Assembly: GCA_965222615.1 (NCBI GenBank)
Contig: CBDCUI010000007.1
Location: 32,001-96,000, forward strand
Reading direction: 5' to 3'
Length of the DNA: 64,000 bases
DNA from: Gammaproteobacteria bacterium
GTDB lineage: Bacteria; Pseudomonadota; Gammaproteobacteria; UBA4575
Positions within the stretch are counted from its first letter, which is position 1. Every line of letters starts with the position of its first letter. Made by a program: the position numbers and the translations under genes. The notes under the pieces are model-generated. The model was not told where the DNA came from. It made no database searches and saw only the letters and a list, made by a program, of their open reading frames with translations. Below are positions 59,688 to 64,000 of the stretch, one piece after another.

Positions 59688-60021
59688 ACGCAAACGATAT
59701 ATGAAAGTCGTTGAGTGGTCAGAGAAAGATCAATGTTATATTGGACGAGTTCCAGGTCTAACTTTAGGGGGTGTGCACGGAAAAACCGAAATAAAAGTAT
59801 ATGAAAATCTGGCATCCTTGATAGACGAATGGATTAGAGTTTATGAAAAGGATGGAGCCCCTTTACCATCTTCTACAATAGGGAAAAAGTATTCAGGGCG
59901 TTTTAATATTCGACTAGGTGAGGGCCTGCATGAACGTCTCGCTATCGAGTCACTAAAAGTTAGTGAAAGCCTAAATACCTATTGTGTAAAAGCTCTTAAA
60001 AAGGAAGTTGACTTGGATTAA
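59680..60021 (+). CDS. hicB: HicB-family antitoxin with C-terminal RHH domain
   Basis: VEWSEKDQCYIGRVPGL..GVHG, PLP, KYSGRFNIRLGEGLHERLA...SLNTY. Confidence 0.88.
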   Translation: MNKRKRYMKVVEWSEKDQCYIGRVPGLTLGGVHGKTEIKVYENLASLIDEWIRVYEKDGAPLPSSTIGKKYSGRFNIRLGEGLHERLAIESLKVSESLNTYCVKALKKEVDLD

Positions 60022-60042
60022 CGGCTTTATCAAGCTGTACGG

Positions 60043-61236
60043 CTAAAGATCTACTGCAACCTTTTGTCCATCTTGAAGTCCTGCAACATCTCGCGCAACA
60101 ATCATTTCGCCTGATTGTAGGCCCGATGAAATAATATATTCACTACCTACGCGTTGACTAAGTTCTACAGTTACATGGTTTATCTTGCCATCTTTATATA
60201 CATAAACATGGCTTTCACCTGCATTGGTGGCGACAGAAGATACCGGTACAGTAATTGCGTCAAACTGTTTAACAAGTGGTAAATCTGCACTTGCAAGCAT
60301 ACCCGACTGAATAGCCTCACTAGGCAAACGAATTCTAAGGGCATGTGTATTCGTAGTCGGATCTGGATCAGGCTGTAAAGCAATGAGCTTACCTTGTATA
60401 GATTTACTTCCAACTCGAACATCAATATCTTGATTCAGAGATAAAGCAGCTGCTACTCCCCCTCGCACGTCAAGCTGTAAATCTAATGAGCTGGTATCCA
60501 CAATGGTCGCAACGACTTCAGTAGCGGTAACGAAATCACCAACTTGTACACTCACTTCATTTACATAACTAGCAAATGGAGCAATTAAAGTTGCACGTTT
60601 TAAATTTCGTTGAGCAACATCACGATCGGATTTCTTTAATGCCAATCTGGCCTTGGAGGTCTCAACTTTATATTTCAAATCTGACACTTGAGAATCGAGT
60701 GTTAACATTTGTTGACGTGCAGCGTCTAATTGCGATGCAGATATCAAAGAATCACTGTTTAGCTGTTCATAGCGTCGCACTTCGGCCTGTTGTAATGCCA
60801 AATTATCTTGAGCTAATTTGAGCATCCTTTGATCTCGTTGAATCCCTGCTTTCTCAATAAGATATTGTGATTCGGCCTGAGTGAATTGATCTTGTAGATC
60901 CTCGTCATCGAGGATTAACAAGGGTTGTCCTAAATCAACATATACGCCGGGCTCTACTAATCGCTGTTTAATACGACCCGGAACCTCAAATTCAAGTTGT
61001 GCAGTTTTGACAGGCTGTAAACGACCAGTTAGTGACTCTTGAGGTATCAGGTCTTGTCGCTTGACTTCGACAAGTACTACCTTCAGCGGTGGCAATTCTT
61101 CCAATTTTGCCTCAGGTCCTTTTTTTGTCCAAAATAGCGCTGCCACAAGGACCACGGCTGTAATAATGGCAATTACGCTACCTGCCAGTTGCTTTGGGGC
61201 TAACTCCCGAGTATTGCTGTTAGTAGATTCAGTCAA
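60043..61236 (-). CDS. RND efflux periplasmic adaptor (MFP) subunit
   Basis: N-terminal TM, FEVPGRI lipoyl-like motif, coiled-coil hairpin, LIAPFASYV. Confidence 0.9.
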   Translation of the reverse strand: MTESTNSNTRELAPKQLAGSVIAIITAVVLVAALFWTKKGPEAKLEELPPLKVVLVEVKRQDLIPQESLTGRLQPVKTAQLEFEVPGRIKQRLVEPGVYVDLGQPLLILDDEDLQDQFTQAESQYLIEKAGIQRDQRMLKLAQDNLALQQAEVRRYEQLNSDSLISASQLDAARQQMLTLDSQVSDLKYKVETSKARLALKKSDRDVAQRNLKRATLIAPFASYVNEVSVQVGDFVTATEVVATIVDTSSLDLQLDVRGGVAAALSLNQDIDVRVGSKSIQGKLIALQPDPDPTTNTHALRIRLPSEAIQSGMLASADLPLVKQFDAITVPVSSVATNAGESHVYVYKDGKINHVTVELSQRVGSEYIISSGLQSGEMIVARDVAGLQDGQKVAVDL

Positions 61237-61330
61237 TTGTCTTTCCGTAAACTGTTAAACTGTAAATATCGAATAAATATAATAAAAACCTTCGAATAAT
61301 AATTCACCAACCATACTCTATCCATACTCT

Positions 61331-63577
61331 GTGTTGATAAAACCCCTAAGTAAACTGTGTGTGCCTATTTTCGGGTTAATGTGTCTATCTGCTTTAGCAG
61401 ATAATGAGCCCTATTCCCAATGTGAAAGTGGGCCTATATCAACTACTCAACAAGACACTACAACAATAGACCCCAATACGCCCGCAGAGTTTACTGCCGA
61501 TCGCGCCAAACGTGATGAGAAAGGCGTCTCTACTTTGGAAGGTACCGTACAAATGAGACGTGGACCTCAGACAATTGATGCCGATGTACTACGTTATGAT
61601 GAAAATAGTAAAAAAGTGTATGCAACTGGCAATGTAATTGCCGAAGACGACGCACTCTTCATCGAAAGCCAAGAAGCAGAATTACATCTTGATACCGACT
61701 ACGCTAAAACTGACGCAGCCTCATATCAGTATAAACCATTACATGCACGTGGCGACGCAAAAACAATCGAAAGGACTTCTTCTGAATTTGTTCGTTTTAA
61801 AGATGCAACCTATACCACTTGTGACAAAGGCGATGACTCTTGGCAATTATCCGCTGACGAAGTAGAGCTTGATAAAACCACGGGTGATGGTATTGGTAAA
61901 GATGTGGTTGTAAAGTTTAAAGGTTTGCCAATTTTTTATACACCTTGGATACGATTCCCAATTGATGATCGTCGTAAATCCGGTTTCTTAACGCCTACTA
62001 TTGGCAACTCTAGTGACTCTGGTTTTGAACTTGAAACCCCTTGGTACTGGAATATAGCACCTAATCGCGATGCAATACTTGCCCCACGCGTATTAGCCGA
62101 TCGCGGCCTACAGTTAAAATCAAATTTTCGATATTTGAATAAAAAAAGTTTTGGCCAGTTTGGACTTGAATATTTAGACGATCACGAATTTGATGATGAC
62201 CGCTATCTAGTATCCTTTGAACATGTAGGCTCCATTATCCCAAAGCTGAATGTTAATCTTTTATATAATAAAGTGTCTGACGATAATTATTTTGAAGATT
62301 TAGGTGATTCGCTTGGTATAACTAGTACCCAACACATCGAACGCCGTGGTGACATTACTTATAATACTAAACATTGGAGTTTATTAGCACGTGCACAAAG
62401 TTTCCAAATCGTGGATGAAAGTTTACCCAACACGAGTAGACCTTATAAACGAACACCACAAATTAAGCTTGACGGAAATTATTATAATTTACCTGGTGGG
62501 TTTGATTTCGGCACTGACACTGAGTGGGTTAGTTTTCAGCATGACGATATTATAGATGGTGATCGTTTTCATTTAGGAATCGAACTTGAACGTCCTTTTG
62601 AAAGCACAGGATATTTTTTTCGACCAGGCATACGACTCACTCATACTGAATATGATCTTAACCGTAGAGATGGTCTTGATGATAAACCAAGCCGTAGTAT
62701 GCCAAGTGCACATATAGATGCAGGGCTAATCTTTGAAAGGGATATGCAGAATGCAAAAACCATCCAAACTCTAGAACCACGCCTCTATTATTTACATACA
62801 CCATTTCGTGATCAAGACGACATTCCTATCTTTGATACTGGCGAATACGAATTTGGTTTTGATCAATTATTCCGTGACGATCGTTTCAGCAGTATAGACC
62901 GAATTGGTGATGCCGACCGCTTAAGTGTTGCCGTTACAACACGAGTACTAGATTTAGATGATGGAGATGAAAAGTTAAGAGCCAGTATTGGACGCATTAT
63001 CTACTTTCGAGATCGAAAAGTTAGGCTTCCTGGAGAAATGGTTGAACGTGATGATTCATCCGAAATCGCAGGTGAACTTAAGATTTCATTAAATGATCGC
63101 TGGGACGCAATCGCCTCAGCATTATGGGATTCTCATGATGATCATACTGAAAAAAATTCAATGCGTTTCCAATATCGATCTGAGAATGATTTTCTTCTAA
63201 ACCTGTCTTATCGTTATCGACGCAGAGATATTGAACCGATTGATCCATTAACCAATCGACGTAGAAAATTAGAACAAGCTGATATTTCTATGGTGCTACC
63301 TATTAATGACAATTGGCGAACTGTGGCCCGCTGGAACTATGATTTACGGGAAAAACGCAACTTAGAATTACTTGCTGGGGTCGAATACGATACCTGCTGC
63401 TGGAAATTACGTCTAGCTGGGCGTCGCTATAATCAAAATACAGAAGAGGACTATAATAACAGTATAGAAGTGCAGCTTGTCTTAAAGGGCCTTGGACAAA
63501 TTGGTTCGCCAATTGGAGAACTATTGGAACGTGGTATTCGTGGATATGATGATCGAGATGATGAGTACTTATTTTAA
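61331..63577 (+). CDS. lptD: LPS-assembly protein LptD
   Basis: YTTC, PIDDRRKSGFL, PWYWNIAPN, QTLEPRLYYL, YDTCCW, LKGLG. Confidence 0.95.
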   Translation: MLIKPLSKLCVPIFGLMCLSALADNEPYSQCESGPISTTQQDTTTIDPNTPAEFTADRAKRDEKGVSTLEGTVQMRRGPQTIDADVLRYDENSKKVYATGNVIAEDDALFIESQEAELHLDTDYAKTDAASYQYKPLHARGDAKTIERTSSEFVRFKDATYTTCDKGDDSWQLSADEVELDKTTGDGIGKDVVVKFKGLPIFYTPWIRFPIDDRRKSGFLTPTIGNSSDSGFELETPWYWNIAPNRDAILAPRVLADRGLQLKSNFRYLNKKSFGQFGLEYLDDHEFDDDRYLVSFEHVGSIIPKLNVNLLYNKVSDDNYFEDLGDSLGITSTQHIERRGDITYNTKHWSLLARAQSFQIVDESLPNTSRPYKRTPQIKLDGNYYNLPGGFDFGTDTEWVSFQHDDIIDGDRFHLGIELERPFESTGYFFRPGIRLTHTEYDLNRRDGLDDKPSRSMPSAHIDAGLIFERDMQNAKTIQTLEPRLYYLHTPFRDQDDIPIFDTGEYEFGFDQLFRDDRFSSIDRIGDADRLSVAVTTRVLDLDDGDEKLRASIGRIIYFRDRKVRLPGEMVERDDSSEIAGELKISLNDRWDAIASALWDSHDDHTEKNSMRFQYRSENDFLLNLSYRYRRRDIEPIDPLTNRRRKLEQADISMVLPINDNWRTVARWNYDLREKRNLELLAGVEYDTCCWKLRLAGRRYNQNTEEDYNNSIEVQLVLKGLGQIGSPIGELLERGIRGYDDRDDEYLF

Positions 63578-64000
63578 AAAATTACCTAGAATTACATTTG
63601 CTTTCATTTTTTCTATGAGCTGCATGCTGACAATGCTCAGCTATCCAACTTTTGTTAGCTCAAAAACGCTCGATAAGATTGTTGCGGTTGTTGAACAAGA
63701 TGTCATTATGCAAAGCGAACTGCAACAACGTGTACAAGTTCTTGTACAGCAATTTAACAAAAATCCAGATGCCCTACCCCCTCAAGATGTGCTTATTGAA
63801 CAAGTACTGCAAAGATTAATTGTTGAACGATTGCAGTTACAACTTGCCGAGCGACGTGGCATCAAAATTGACGAATTAAGTCTTGATCAAGCCATGCGAA
63901 ATTTAGCCAAACGTAATAATTTTACACTTGAGCAATTTCGAACAGCTTTACTTAAACAAGGACTTGATTACGTATCATTCAGAGAACAAGTACGCAATGA
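63558..64000 (+). CDS. surA: Chaperone SurA (N-terminal part, runs off the window end)
   Basis: Hand translation: MMSTYFKK...LDKIVAVVEQDVIMQSEL...QVLQRLIVERLQLQLA...; lptD-surA synteny. Confidence 0.9.
   Translation, partial: MMSTYFKKLPRITFAFIFSMSCMLTMLSYPTFVSSKTLDKIVAVVEQDVIMQSELQQRVQVLVQQFNKNPDALPPQDVLIEQVLQRLIVERLQLQLAERRGIKIDELSLDQAMRNLAKRNNFTLEQFRTALLKQGLDYVSFREQVRN

Noticed and set aside
48072-60042. Prophage or integrative element
   Set aside because: No integrase, transposase, phage structural genes, tRNA target or att repeats seen

Overview
Chromosomal window from an AT-rich Gammaproteobacterium, judged from gene content and order (hldE-ilvE-glnE, lipAB-ybeD-dat-dacA-rlpA-mltB-rodA-mrdA, amgK-murU, lptD-surA). 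Its main feature is a ~12.5 kb C1-assimilation cluster (12.6-25.1 kb): 5-formyl-THF cyclo-ligase, a stand-alone formylmethanofuran:H4MPT formyltransferase (ftr/fhcD), folD, then the serine-cycle genes sga, mcl, mtkAB, hpr, ppc and mtdA. No ftfL, fch or fhcABC is in the window. Other notable parts: (1) a Fur-box-preceded Fe3+ ABC transporter; (2) a four-hairpin candidate RNA ahead of two tandem PA2779-like precursors and a PA2778-like C39-type peptidase; (3) three Rickettsia-palindromic-element-like miniature repeats, one of them nested; (4) a K+-dependent, Na+-type membrane pyrophosphatase with a candidate Na+ riboswitch-like leader; (5) a visibly AT-richer ~7 kb island encoding a sterol-desaturase/GH3 amido-synthetase fusion, an atypical enolase-superfamily enzyme, an atypical CocE-type hydrolase and a regulator; (6) a MarR + HicAB insert that splits an RND efflux operon. 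I saw no tRNA, rRNA, CRISPR array, integrase or transposase. All family assignments come from motif recognition by eye, not from database searches.
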